Origin: Phycisphaerae bacterium
Lineage (GTDB): Bacteria; Planctomycetota; Phycisphaerae; UBA1845; Fen-1342
Direction: 5' to 3'
Length of the DNA: 64,000 bases
Assembly (NCBI GenBank): GCA_050115495.1
Contig: JASFQK010000009.1
Coordinates: 64,001-128,000 of the forward strand
The notes under the pieces are model-generated. The model did not search any database, was not told the DNA's origin, and saw only the letters and a list, made by a program, of their open reading frames with translations. Of this stretch, positions 40,727 through 50,747 are shown one piece after another. The position numbers were made by a program, and so were the translations under genes. The number at the start of each line of letters is the position of its first letter. Within the stretch, counting starts at the first letter, position 1.

Positions 40727-42948
40727 ACGCCCTCCTCAGTCGCCACGAGTGCCGAGGAGCCGGGCGAGGGTTGCAGCCACTTGCCGAGCAGCCGCTCGTA
40801 GTTGGCCACGTCGAAAGCGCCGTCGGGCTGGTCGCGGTGCGTGTGGTTCCGCCGGGCAAAGGCGCGGTTTGCGCCCGCCACGTCCTCGACGTAGCCGGCC
40901 ACGCGCAGCAGCTCCGTGACCGACGTCAGCCCGGCGGCCACCTTGTCCATCCCGTCCTGAAGCAACGAGCGCATGCCCTGCGTCATCGCCAGCGCGGCCA
41001 TCGCGCGGTCGTCCTGGCGGGCGAAGATCGCCCGGCGAATCTCGGGCGTGACCACGAGCAGCTCGAACACGCCCACGCGCCCCTCGAAGCCGGTGTTTCC
41101 GCAGCGCTTGCAGCCCACCGCTTCCATGTGCTGGACGCCGCCGAGCAGCACCCGCACCACCGACTCGCTGCCTTCGGGTGGTTCCTCGGCCGGCCGGGCA
41201 CAGTGCCGGCACAGCCGCCGGCACAACCGCTGGGCGAGCACGCCGATCAGCGACGAAGCCACCAGGAAGTCCGGCACGCCCATGTCCAGCAATCGCATGG
41301 GGGCGGCCGCGGCCGTGTTCGTGTGCAGTGTGCTCAGCACGATGTGGCCGGTCAGGGCGGCCTGGAGGGCGATCTCCGCCGTCTCGCGGTCGCGAATCTC
41401 GCCGACCATGATGCAGTCGGGGTCTTGCCGCAGGATCGAGCGCAGTCCGGACTCGAAGGTGAGTCCGGCCTTGGGGTTCACGCCGACCTGGCGGACCTGC
41501 GGCAACCGCACTTCGACCGGATCCTCGAGCGTGATGATGCTCTGGCGCGTGCGGTCGAGGCGGGTGATGCCGGAGTAGAGTGTCGTGGTCTTGCCGCTGC
41601 CGGTCGGACCCGTGACCAGCAGCATGCCGTGCGGCAGATGCAGCAGCGCGTCGAATCGCTGGCGGCACTCGGCGTTCATGCCCAGCTCTTCCAGCGATAG
41701 AAGCCGCGATCCGGAACGCAGCAGGCGCAGCACGGCCGCCTCGCCGCCGGTGGACGGCAGCGTCGAGACGCGGATGTCCAGCTCCTCCTGGTCCACGGCC
41801 AGCTTGAAGTGGCCGTCCTGCGGCTGGCGCGTTTCGGCGATGTCCAGGTGAGCCAGCACCTTGATGCGTGAGATCATCGCCGGCAGGAGTGACTTCGGCG
41901 GGGCCGGTACCTCGCGCAGCACGCCGTCGATGCGGAAGCGCACGCGCAGGGCGTTCTCATCGGGGTCGATGTGCACGTCGCTGGCCCGGCTGCTGGCGGC
42001 CCGATCGAGCAGCACGTCGATCAGCTTCACGACCGGGGCGTCGGCGACGTCCTTGAGAATGTCGGTCCAGATGAGCTCGGACGAGGCGGCCTGTTCGCCG
42101 GGCTTCTCCTGGAAGCTGCCGTAGGCCCACTCGATGAGGTGGTGCACCTCACGCGGACTGGCCAGACACGAGTCCACCTCGCAGCCGGTCTGGAGGCGAA
42201 TCTGGTCGAGCACGGCCAGGTCGAGGGGCCGGGTGACCGCGAGCGTGATGATGCGTTCGACCACAAACAGCGGGAAGATGCCGTGGGCGCGGGCGACGTC
42301 CTCGCGGATGACGGAGCCGTTGTCGAGGCAGACGCGATACTCACCCGGCTCGACGAAGGCGAGGTCGTAGCCTTCGGCCTGGGCGGCGCTGAGCTCGCGC
42401 TGGCCGAGGCAGTGATTGTTGATCAGCCACTCGGCGGCGCGATCTTCGTCGCCAGCGGCTTGCGTCAGCGCTTTGCTGAGCACGTGGGAATCGACGAGGC
42501 CGGCGCGACCCAGGACGTTCATCCAGCGCGGTGCGGCCGGTCCGAGCTCCGCGGCCTGTGTCGCGGAGCGTTCCGGCGGCGGCGTCCGCGCCGGCGGCGC
42601 ATGCAGGGCGAGCTCTTCGGCGTAGTTGTGGACGTCGTCGGCGAAGCGCACGCCGATGGCGTAGCGCGGCTCGCGGTCGATCATGCGGACGGAGAGTACC
42701 TGGCCCGGCAGCGTCTCCGGCGGGAGCTTGCCGACGGCGGGCGTGGTCACGGTGATCCGTGTCGCCCGCGGCAGGTACGTCGAGATTATCAGGCCGGCGC
42801 CGCCGCCGCTGACGTCGACGAGTCGGGCCCTCAACGTGTGTCCGCTGATGGGCGCGACCTGGCGGGCGACGTCCTCGTGAACGATGACGTCGACGCCGAG
42901 GTCGATGGCGTGCCGCGCGTACTGACGGTGTTGCCGGGGCTGGGCCAT
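40723..42948 (-). CDS. pilB: Pilus assembly ATPase (PilB/GspE/MshE) with an N-terminal PilZ domain
   Basis: RASDVHIDP, RFRIDGVL, GPTGSGKTTTLY, TLEDPVE, LRQDPDCIMVGEIRD, TGHIVLSTLHTN, two CxxC; N-terminal RQYAR and DVSGGG. Confidence 0.93.
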   Translation of the reverse strand: MAQPRQHRQYARHAIDLGVDVIVHEDVARQVAPISGHTLRARLVDVSGGGAGLIISTYLPRATRITVTTPAVGKLPPETLPGQVLSVRMIDREPRYAIGVRFADDVHNYAEELALHAPPARTPPPERSATQAAELGPAAPRWMNVLGRAGLVDSHVLSKALTQAAGDEDRAAEWLINNHCLGQRELSAAQAEGYDLAFVEPGEYRVCLDNGSVIREDVARAHGIFPLFVVERIITLAVTRPLDLAVLDQIRLQTGCEVDSCLASPREVHHLIEWAYGSFQEKPGEQAASSELIWTDILKDVADAPVVKLIDVLLDRAASSRASDVHIDPDENALRVRFRIDGVLREVPAPPKSLLPAMISRIKVLAHLDIAETRQPQDGHFKLAVDQEELDIRVSTLPSTGGEAAVLRLLRSGSRLLSLEELGMNAECRQRFDALLHLPHGMLLVTGPTGSGKTTTLYSGITRLDRTRQSIITLEDPVEVRLPQVRQVGVNPKAGLTFESGLRSILRQDPDCIMVGEIRDRETAEIALQAALTGHIVLSTLHTNTAAAAPMRLLDMGVPDFLVASSLIGVLAQRLCRRLCRHCARPAEEPPEGSESVVRVLLGGVQHMEAVGCKRCGNTGFEGRVGVFELLVVTPEIRRAIFARQDDRAMAALAMTQGMRSLLQDGMDKVAAGLTSVTELLRVAGYVEDVAGANRAFARRNHTHRDQPDGAFDVANYERLLGKWLQPSPGSSALVATEEGV

Positions 42949-43041
42949 GATGCTCCAATCCTGATCGGAGGGGGTCACTCCAATGGGACACGCCCCCCGG
43001 AGATCATCGCCCAACAGTCACGTGTGGCTTAGCAAGTCCGG

Positions 43042-44121
43042 CTAGCGACCCGGCTCCTCGCTCCAGCGGGCCCGTAGTTCCCGGACCACCCCAGGAGGAA
43101 GGGCCGCGGGTGAAGCCTCACCGAGAACCTCGGCCGCTCGCGCGGGCTGAGCCAATCGAGCGTAGCCGGCGGCCAGGGCCAGCCGGGCCGTACCGTTATC
43201 GGGGCTGATCTCCAGCGCCCGCTGCGCCGCCTGCACAGCTTCGGCGGGCCGGCCATCGGCCAGGGCAGCCGTCGCCAGCCCGACGTGCGCAGCGGCGCAA
43301 TCGGGGTCTGTTAAGGTGACCAGCCGATAAGCCTTCGCGGCGGCGACAGTGTCGCCTGCGGCGAGCGCGCAGGCCGCCCAGCGCAGCCGCATCGTACGTC
43401 GCTGCTCGGGCTCGGTCGCGTCGGCAGCCAGGTCACGCCAGGCGACGGCCGCGTCGGTGTACTGCCCGGCGCGCATCCGCGCTTCGGCCAGTTGCTGCCG
43501 CAACCCGACGTCGTCCGGATCATGCAGCAGCGCGGTGGACAGTTCGCGAATGGCGGCGTCGTGCTCGCCGACGTGCAGGAACAGACGTGCGGCCAGCGAC
43601 TCGACTGCCGGTTCGCCGGGGAATCGAATCCGTTCGCGTTCGAGCGTCTCGACGGCCTGCGTCTCCGCTCCGGCGAGGACCAGCGTGTCCAGCCACGCGA
43701 CGAGGCGCTGCGCTGTCGGTTCAAGCCGGTACGCCCGGGCGTACGCCGCGGACGCCTCCGGCCAGGAGCCGAGGCCCTCCTGGGCCACGGCCGTCAGCTC
43801 GTGAAACCCGGCCGAGTTGCGCTCGGCGTCGGGCACGCACTCAAGCTGCCGAAGCGCCGCGGCGTAGCGGCCTTCTTCGAGATCGATGCGGGCCAGCTTC
43901 AGGCTGGTGCGCTGCTCGCCGGCCTCGGTCTGGGCGGCCAGCAGGCTGCGGGCGCGGTCGAAGTGCCCGGCGTTGATCTGCTCGTCCGCCTGTTGCAGGG
44001 CCACGCGAGCGCGTGTGTCATCCCACAGGCGCGTCTCTCTGTGCTTCGGCGTCGAAGATGCGCAGCCCGCGAGCAACGCCGCCAGCAACCCGCAACAAAC
44101 AACAATCGGCCAGCGCATCAT
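43042..44121 (-). CDS. TPR-repeat lipoprotein (pilotin/MshN-like)
   Basis: Lipobox LAGC; multiple TPR-like repeats; coupled to the secretin gene. Confidence 0.75.
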   Translation of the reverse strand: MMRWPIVVCCGLLAALLAGCASSTPKHRETRLWDDTRARVALQQADEQINAGHFDRARSLLAAQTEAGEQRTSLKLARIDLEEGRYAAALRQLECVPDAERNSAGFHELTAVAQEGLGSWPEASAAYARAYRLEPTAQRLVAWLDTLVLAGAETQAVETLERERIRFPGEPAVESLAARLFLHVGEHDAAIRELSTALLHDPDDVGLRQQLAEARMRAGQYTDAAVAWRDLAADATEPEQRRTMRLRWAACALAAGDTVAAAKAYRLVTLTDPDCAAAHVGLATAALADGRPAEAVQAAQRALEISPDNGTARLALAAGYARLAQPARAAEVLGEASPAALPPGVVRELRARWSEEPGR

Positions 44122-45935
44122 GGCGCGTCTCCTGCATCGGGCCGCTGCGGTTCGTCAACCGGCGGTGCCACCTCGACCGGCGGCGTGGCCCCCTCCTCCG
44201 CCAGCATGTCCATAAGCAGGTTGCGGACGATGCTGTTCTCGGGTTCGATGGTCTCCTCTTCACGCAGCCGGTCGCGCAGGCGGCTGGCCTCGGTGAAGTT
44301 GGGGTTGAGCGACAGGGCCAGGTCCAGATCCCACAGGGCCTTGCCCATATGCGCGGCGCGGTAGTGTTCGAGCGCCCAGTGATAGTGGGCCTGCGCCAGC
44401 CGTTCGCGGCCCCAGAATTGCAGGCCGCGGTGGGCCAGCGTGCGTCGCCGCTCGATCTCGTTCCAGGCCCAGGCGGAAGACTCGGAGTACTCGTCACCCT
44501 CGATGATGTGCGGCGTGATGAGCACGATCACCTCTTCCCGCAATGCCGCGTCGATCGTGCCGCGGAACAGCGGACCCACCAGCGGGAGGTTGCCCAGCCA
44601 GGGGATCTGCGTGCGGTCGGCCGAGGTGACTTCGCGGAACAGGCCGCCGATGACCAGCGTGTGCCCGTCGCGAACCATGACGTTGGCCGTCACTTCGGTC
44701 GTATCCTTGTACGGCAGGTTCTCCGGCGTCAGGCCGCCACTGCTGTCTTCGGGGTGAATGTCCATGCGGACGTAGCCGTCCCGACTGATGAACGGCCGGA
44801 AGAGAATCTGCGTGCCGGTCTCCAGGAACTCGACGCTCTCGATGGACGAAGTCTCGGTCACGGTCGTCGTCAGATAGCCGTCCTGGCGACCGACGATCAC
44901 GCGGCCCGGTTGCTCGTTGACGGTCAGCACCTTCGGGTTGGCGACGATGGTCAGATCGACCGCCTCTTCCAGGGCCCGCACGAACACAGCGGCGCTGTTG
45001 GTGATGACGCCGATGCTCACGCCGCCCGGGGCGATGCCGGCACTCACGTCCGAGCTGGCCGCCGCCGTTTCGATGTCGAACTTGCGGGGCGGTACGGCGC
45101 CGGGCGTGATGTTCGTGCCGCCGACGCTGGTCGAGTTGATGGTGCGGAAGTCGATGCCGGCCAGGGCGTTGAAATCGACGCCCAGCGCGTTCACTTCGTC
45201 CAGCCGTACCCGCAGAATCAGCGCCTCGATCAGCACCTGCCGGGGACGAACGTCCAGCCGCCCCAGCACCTCGGCGACCTCGTCCAGCACCTCCGGGTAA
45301 TCACGCACGATCAGGAACTCGCCGGCAGCGCGGCTCTTGCCTCCCAGGCCGGCGGCAAGCGCCTCGTCGAAGCTGTCGGCCGTCAGCGATACGCCCGGCA
45401 CGGGCGCGTCCGCGGTGCCGACCACCTTCCCCACCGCACTGAGCAGCTCGGTGACGATCGGGAGAGCATCCTTGGCCGTGATGAAGCTGAGCTCGAAGAT
45501 GCGCATCTCCGTCGCCCGGTTCGCCGCCAGCACGCCATCCCGTTCGCTCGGCAAGCACACGTAGATGAACTTGCCGCTGGCCAGCCAGGTGTAGCCGGCG
45601 GGCGTCACCAGGGCTTCCAGCGCCTCCTCAAACGAGACTTGGTACAGGTCGGCACTCACGGTGGCGGAAACGCTTTCGGTCACGCTGATGTTCCGCTGTG
45701 CCTGGTGGCTCAGCATGCGTAGCGCTTCCGGCAGCGGCATCCGCCGCAAGTGCAGGTTGAAGAGCCCGGCCTCGTCAACGGACACTTCCTGCGGACCGGT
45801 CGCCGCCGGCTCGACGGCGGGAGGCTGCGATTCCGGCTCCTGAGCGGTTACCGGCAAGGCCAACCCCGGTCCGAGTAGCGCGGACAAGGCGAGCACGACG
45901 AACCCAAACGGCCGTCGCGATACCTGTATCAACAT
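44118..45935 (-). CDS. Outer-membrane secretin (PilQ/GspD/MshL family)
   Basis: LDVRPRQVLIEA, ANPKVLTVN, VRDGHTLVIGGL, IPWLGNLPLVGPLF, VLITPHII; AGGAGG RBS. Confidence 0.93.
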   Translation of the reverse strand: MLIQVSRRPFGFVVLALSALLGPGLALPVTAQEPESQPPAVEPAATGPQEVSVDEAGLFNLHLRRMPLPEALRMLSHQAQRNISVTESVSATVSADLYQVSFEEALEALVTPAGYTWLASGKFIYVCLPSERDGVLAANRATEMRIFELSFITAKDALPIVTELLSAVGKVVGTADAPVPGVSLTADSFDEALAAGLGGKSRAAGEFLIVRDYPEVLDEVAEVLGRLDVRPRQVLIEALILRVRLDEVNALGVDFNALAGIDFRTINSTSVGGTNITPGAVPPRKFDIETAAASSDVSAGIAPGGVSIGVITNSAAVFVRALEEAVDLTIVANPKVLTVNEQPGRVIVGRQDGYLTTTVTETSSIESVEFLETGTQILFRPFISRDGYVRMDIHPEDSSGGLTPENLPYKDTTEVTANVMVRDGHTLVIGGLFREVTSADRTQIPWLGNLPLVGPLFRGTIDAALREEVIVLITPHIIEGDEYSESSAWAWNEIERRRTLAHRGLQFWGRERLAQAHYHWALEHYRAAHMGKALWDLDLALSLNPNFTEASRLRDRLREEETIEPENSIVRNLLMDMLAEEGATPPVEVAPPVDEPQRPDAGDAP

Positions 45936-46325
45936 CTATGCATGCCTCCTGGCAACGGGACCGAGACCGGCGGGGCAGACCACGAGCGCGCGCCGCAGGC
46001 CGTCCGGTAACCGACGACATCCATCAGTCGCTATCGGAAACGGACCACGGAACCCCTTAGGCGAAGGCGACTTGGACGTCCTGGGAGCGCTCCCGGCGGC
46101 ACTATCCCCCCTGCCAGCCGACCGCCAGCAGCGCGTTGTCCGTGACCGGTCCCGGCCACGGCTCCCCTGATTGACCGTCCGCTCCGCTAATTCTTGTCTG
46201 TCGGTGGCATTTGCGCTGGACGACGCCGCGTGTCGTATTGGAAGCTTCCTTTGAGGGGCCGGCTGACGCCGGTAACACGCGCGTGGGGCTCACCACAGGC
46301 ACACAGCGTGGCCCCGAGGGACTGC

Positions 46326-46781
46326 ATGAGCCAGAACAAACCGAGCATGTCGAGGCGGCGGACCCGGCGGAAGTCCGGGTCCGGCGGGACACAGTCCTCC
46401 GGGCTGATGAACATGCTGCGGCGTCGACGGGTGCAGAGCGGTCCGATACGAGCCCGTTGCCATGACCGCCAAGTGTGGTGCGTGCCACTGCAGATGTGGG
46501 TGCTCGAACACTCGGGCAAGGGCGGCCGACGCGAGCGCCGGCTGGATGTGACGACCGTGGACATATCGGTCGGCGGGATGGCGTTCTATTATCGGCAGTA
46601 CATCCACCCCGGCTCGACGATCAGGGCCCGTTTTGACGCGTTGCCGGGGAAACCGTACGTGACCGCCGTCGTCCGCAACTGCACACTGATCGGCCCGGGC
46701 CGGCACCGCATCGGCATGGAGTTCATCGAGGTCCGGCGTGACGAGGGCGACCCGCCCATCCCCGACAGGGGCATCCTCTAG
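46326..46781 (+). CDS. Stand-alone PilZ domain protein (start uncertain)
   Basis: RCHDR (RxxxR), DISVGG (DxSxxG), AVVRNC...HRIGMEF. Confidence 0.8.
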   Translation: MSQNKPSMSRRRTRRKSGSGGTQSSGLMNMLRRRRVQSGPIRARCHDRQVWCVPLQMWVLEHSGKGGRRERRLDVTTVDISVGGMAFYYRQYIHPGSTIRARFDALPGKPYVTAVVRNCTLIGPGRHRIGMEFIEVRRDEGDPPIPDRGIL

Positions 46782-49700
46782 GCTTTCGCCGGCTGAGCGC
46801 CATTTCCGGACCGCTGCACGAGGTGCAGCGTGCTGCACGCGATCATGAGCAGCAGGTCGATCCCCCCTACCAGGAACAGGTAGCGTACGACGGCGCCGGT
46901 GCCGAAGCCGTAGCTGTGCAGGCCGGTGCCCAGGACGTAGTTCACGCCGACGTACGTCATGATGATCAGCCAGAAGGCCAGCACGCTCTTGAGGGCGGTG
47001 GCCAGGTGGCCGCGGCCAAGGACAAAGATGATGGCGGCGATCGTCGCTGCGGTCAGGGCGACGACCTTGGTGGGCGTCAGCGGGGCGAGCAGGAGCACGA
47101 TGATGACGAGCACCACGGCGCTGAGGATGCCGCCGAGGGCATAGGCCCAGCCGGGCGTCCGCTCGTGGTCGATGCGCACGTGCAGAATCGCCATGTAACC
47201 GAGGAAAGCGACCAGCGACCATACTTCCTTCGGATCCCAGCCCCAGTAGCGTCCCCACGATGAGGACGCCCACATGCTGCCGGTGATGATGCCCGCCAGC
47301 AGCAGCAGCGAGCCGACGAAGGCGTACCAGTAGTGCAGTTCGTCGATGGCTGTCGCCCAGCCGCGCCGGGCCGGGGCCACTGCCATCACGAACAACTGGG
47401 CATGGGCGATCAGCACCGCAATCGCCAGCACTGCGTACGAAGCCATGATGATCGGAACGTGGATCGACATCCAAACGGTGTCGAGCAGCACCGGAACGAT
47501 CGGGCGGACGAAGTGATCGAGCGGCAGCCGATCGGCGAGGATCAGGGCCAGGGCACCCATGGCCGACGCCGTCAGTGGCACGAAGCGGTCGCGTAGCAGG
47601 AACCGGGAGATGATGCCGATGGCGCCGGCTCCCCAGCTCAGGAAGAGCAGCGACTCGAACATGTTCGCCGCCGGTATGCGGCCGGCGATCTGCCAGCGCA
47701 GCCACAGGCCGTACGTGAGCACGCCGAAGCCGACCACCATCGCCAACAAGGCCACGGCACGCAGGGTGACGGCGATCTGGTGGGCAACACTCTGCTTCCA
47801 TATGCCGATGAGCAAGGCGATCACGGCAAGCACGACGCCGCCGGCCGCACCGTACGAAGCGACACGGAAAGGCTGCAACCGGTTGTAGCGCAGTTCGAGC
47901 GCGATGCGCTCGGGCGTGGGTCGCTGGGCCGCGGGGAGTGCCGCGAGACGCTGGGCCAGTTGGACGGCAGCCGCCGCGAACGCCGGCGCATCGTCCGTCC
48001 CAAACGCTGCCCGCAAGGTCGTCCACGCCGCCGCGGCCGAGTTCGGTGCGGGCGGGTCGGCGGGCTGGGCCTCGTTGATCGTCTTCCACGCGGCGTTGAC
48101 GCTGCTCGGATCGGGCACGAAGTGCAGCGCCTGGCCGTCGAAGACCCGCCGCAACGTGAGTAACTTATCGAAGATGTCGTTGACCTTGGCCTCCAGCGGA
48201 TCGAGCTTTCGGCCCCCGCCGGTCTCACGTATTTCCTGCGCGAGCACGTGCAGGTGGTTGTGCACGCTGAGTTCGTTGTACGAGAACATGGTCCGGTCGA
48301 GCGGCAGTTGGAGCTCCTGGCGCAGCTCGCGGTTGGCGATCGTGATGAGCGGCTCGCCTTCCCAGGTCTCGGGATCCAGCGACCAGGCCAGCAGCAGCCC
48401 GACCGGATCGTAATCCTCGAAAGACACCGTGCCCGTCACCGACTCGACGATGTCGCGGGCACACGTGTCCAGCGGCGGCCAGCGTCCGTCCCACTGGACG
48501 ACCAAGCCGCGCACGCAGTCGTAGTCCAGCGACGCCGGCGGTGACGCGGCGGTGGCCGGCCAGGCAGTGGCCGACAGCACCATCCACAAGGCGGCCAACC
48601 CGGTTGCCCGAGCGGCTGCACGCGACGCCGCCGCGGGTCGGCGACGCCCTGCCAGACGCGTAGCGAGGACCAGCACCATGCCGATCATGACAGAGATGTA
48701 GCCGGCATAGACGACGGGCCGCCCCGGATCGCGCGCGACGGAGAGATAGCTAACGAATCCGCTCCCCTGCGGGGCGAAGCTCGACTGGTACAGCTCATAG
48801 CCGCCGTGGGCTACGGGACTGTTCATGCTGACCACGAGGTTCTGCTCGCGGCCGGTGACCGAATCGAGAATGCGAATCTGACTTTCGTACGAGCGCGGGC
48901 GGTTGCTGCCGGGATACGTCCCGAGGCGAAAGCGGTCCAGCGTGACAGAGAAACCGAGCGGCACCGTGCGGTCGTCAAAGCCCAGCTCGACAGGCGTGCC
49001 GCCGGCGACGATCCGCTCCGGCTGGTACCTTTGCACCCAGACCGAGACCGGCTGTTCCCCGCCTTCGACCACGAGCTCGACCGCCGGCATGCGGTCCTGG
49101 CGGATCGGCGTGACCGGGACGAGTTGCCAGTCCATGCGAGCATGCGGCACGAATCGCACGAGGCAAAGCGCGCGGTCGGCCCAGGGCGTCTCCACCGGCG
49201 TGCCAACGGGTAGCTCGCGCACACCCAGCGCCTGGCCATCGGCACTGAATCGGGCGTACACCGGCGTGCCCGGCGCCGCCAGGATCTCGATCGGCGTGGC
49301 GGCAACCGAGACCGACGGATGGTCGAAGGTCACCTGCACGTCGGGGATCAGGTCGGCGTTGTGCCGGAAGCCGGGGAAGCGGGCGAAGCAGAAGCGCTGC
49401 TCGCGTTGCGTCGGGCCGATGACCTCGACCTCGATCGCCGGGTTGACCGGCTCGTTCGACGCGTTGCGCAGCTCGCGATCCGCGCCGACGGTGGCGTGCG
49501 GCATGTAACGCAGCACGTGCAGCGTGTAGCCGGTGTCGCCGAGCGGCACCTCGCGCCGCAGGCACCCGGCCAGCGGCAGGTCGAAACTGGTTTCGCCGCA
49601 GGTGACGTGTACGGTGCCCATGCCCGCGGGTTGGCTCGACGCCGACTCGTGCACGAGGCGGGCGAGCGACGCCGCATCGGGCAGCCAGCGGAAGCCGGCC

Positions 49701-50362
49701 ATCGTCCCGCCGAGCGCGGCGGGATGATCCGGAAACGCCCAGACCAGCCCGTCGTCGCCCGCCCCGGCGAGCGAAAGTTGCACCGCCGGCCCGAACTGTG
49801 GATCGTCGAGCTCGACGACGTTCTGCTTCCAGTCGCTGTCGGGCAGGTATTTCCGCACCGTGATCTGGACGTCGCCTAAACGCAGCGGCTCGGCCGGCGG
49901 GTCGGTCAGCTCGCGGAAGCCCGCGAAGAGCACGGGGTTGAGATCACGCGTGGCGCGGGCGTCGCCGCGCAGGTCAGAGACGGTCAGCACGGGCTGGGCG
50001 GCGTCGCGCATGTGCGTGAGCGTCTGCCCCTCGGCCAGGCCGAGCATCCCCTGCACGCCGAAGTGCTTCGAGATCAGGGCCCCCACCAGGATCACCAGGA
50101 CGGCCACGTGCGTGACAGCGAAGCCGATGTGCTTGCGGTCGAACGGGTAGCGGCAGATCACCGCCGCCGCCACGTTGATGAACAGCAGCCCCAGCAGCGT
50201 CTCGAACCACCAGGAGTAATAGAAGAGGGCCAGCGCCTGCTCGGTGCCGTGGGCGCTTTCGAACACGGTCGCGCAGGCCATACCCAGCAGCAGTAGCACG
50301 AGCAGGACGGCCGCGAACCAGAGTGACCCGACGATGCGGAGAAGAGAGCGGAGTTGCTTCAT
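46778..50362 (-). CDS. ccsBA: Fused system II cytochrome c synthase (ResB/CcsB-ResC/CcsA)
   Basis: TVFES, THVA.LVIL.G, SMNSP..HGGY.LYQSS, RDPG; C-terminal NMFES, WMSIHV and WWD domain WASSSWGRYWGWDPKEVWS, GVNYVLG.GLHSY. Confidence 0.92.
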   Translation of the reverse strand: MKQLRSLLRIVGSLWFAAVLLVLLLLGMACATVFESAHGTEQALALFYYSWWFETLLGLLFINVAAAVICRYPFDRKHIGFAVTHVAVLVILVGALISKHFGVQGMLGLAEGQTLTHMRDAAQPVLTVSDLRGDARATRDLNPVLFAGFRELTDPPAEPLRLGDVQITVRKYLPDSDWKQNVVELDDPQFGPAVQLSLAGAGDDGLVWAFPDHPAALGGTMAGFRWLPDAASLARLVHESASSQPAGMGTVHVTCGETSFDLPLAGCLRREVPLGDTGYTLHVLRYMPHATVGADRELRNASNEPVNPAIEVEVIGPTQREQRFCFARFPGFRHNADLIPDVQVTFDHPSVSVAATPIEILAAPGTPVYARFSADGQALGVRELPVGTPVETPWADRALCLVRFVPHARMDWQLVPVTPIRQDRMPAVELVVEGGEQPVSVWVQRYQPERIVAGGTPVELGFDDRTVPLGFSVTLDRFRLGTYPGSNRPRSYESQIRILDSVTGREQNLVVSMNSPVAHGGYELYQSSFAPQGSGFVSYLSVARDPGRPVVYAGYISVMIGMVLVLATRLAGRRRPAAASRAAARATGLAALWMVLSATAWPATAASPPASLDYDCVRGLVVQWDGRWPPLDTCARDIVESVTGTVSFEDYDPVGLLLAWSLDPETWEGEPLITIANRELRQELQLPLDRTMFSYNELSVHNHLHVLAQEIRETGGGRKLDPLEAKVNDIFDKLLTLRRVFDGQALHFVPDPSSVNAAWKTINEAQPADPPAPNSAAAAWTTLRAAFGTDDAPAFAAAAVQLAQRLAALPAAQRPTPERIALELRYNRLQPFRVASYGAAGGVVLAVIALLIGIWKQSVAHQIAVTLRAVALLAMVVGFGVLTYGLWLRWQIAGRIPAANMFESLLFLSWGAGAIGIISRFLLRDRFVPLTASAMGALALILADRLPLDHFVRPIVPVLLDTVWMSIHVPIIMASYAVLAIAVLIAHAQLFVMAVAPARRGWATAIDELHYWYAFVGSLLLLAGIITGSMWASSSWGRYWGWDPKEVWSLVAFLGYMAILHVRIDHERTPGWAYALGGILSAVVLVIIVLLLAPLTPTKVVALTAATIAAIIFVLGRGHLATALKSVLAFWLIIMTYVGVNYVLGTGLHSYGFGTGAVVRYLFLVGGIDLLLMIACSTLHLVQRSGNGAQPAKA

Positions 50363-50747
50363 GAGCTACCTGTGGGGCGACCGGCCGCCCGAGCACGCCG
50401 AGGGCAGTGTAGCATAAGAGGGCCTGTCAGGGGACACCCGCCGGGATCACGTTGTGACCGAGTCCAGCCGAGCCCTATTCGGCTGACGGTTCCTGTTCGA
50501 ACCGGGGGATCGGCTGAGCGGCAACTCTGCTGGACAAGGAAGGACAGCGTCTTACGGGCGACTTGTCAATGAGTCAGGGGTACGCTCGCGCCGCGTCTCC
50601 TTTAGATCGACAGCGAATCGGCGGTGCACTACCACCACTGGCACGGGCACGCCCAGTCTTCCGTTCGGGATACGACTCCGACTGGCCGCTATAATTAAAG
50701 GTCCGCTTAGGCCCAATTATCACTTCTCAAGCAAAGGAGGCGAAGCC

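Noticed and set aside
50363..50747. Riboswitch or ncRNA in long intergenic regions (also 18617-19056, 36402-36610, 45936-46325)
   Set aside because: I recognised no conserved riboswitch core, including c-di-GMP-I; an Infernal/Rfam scan would be needed.
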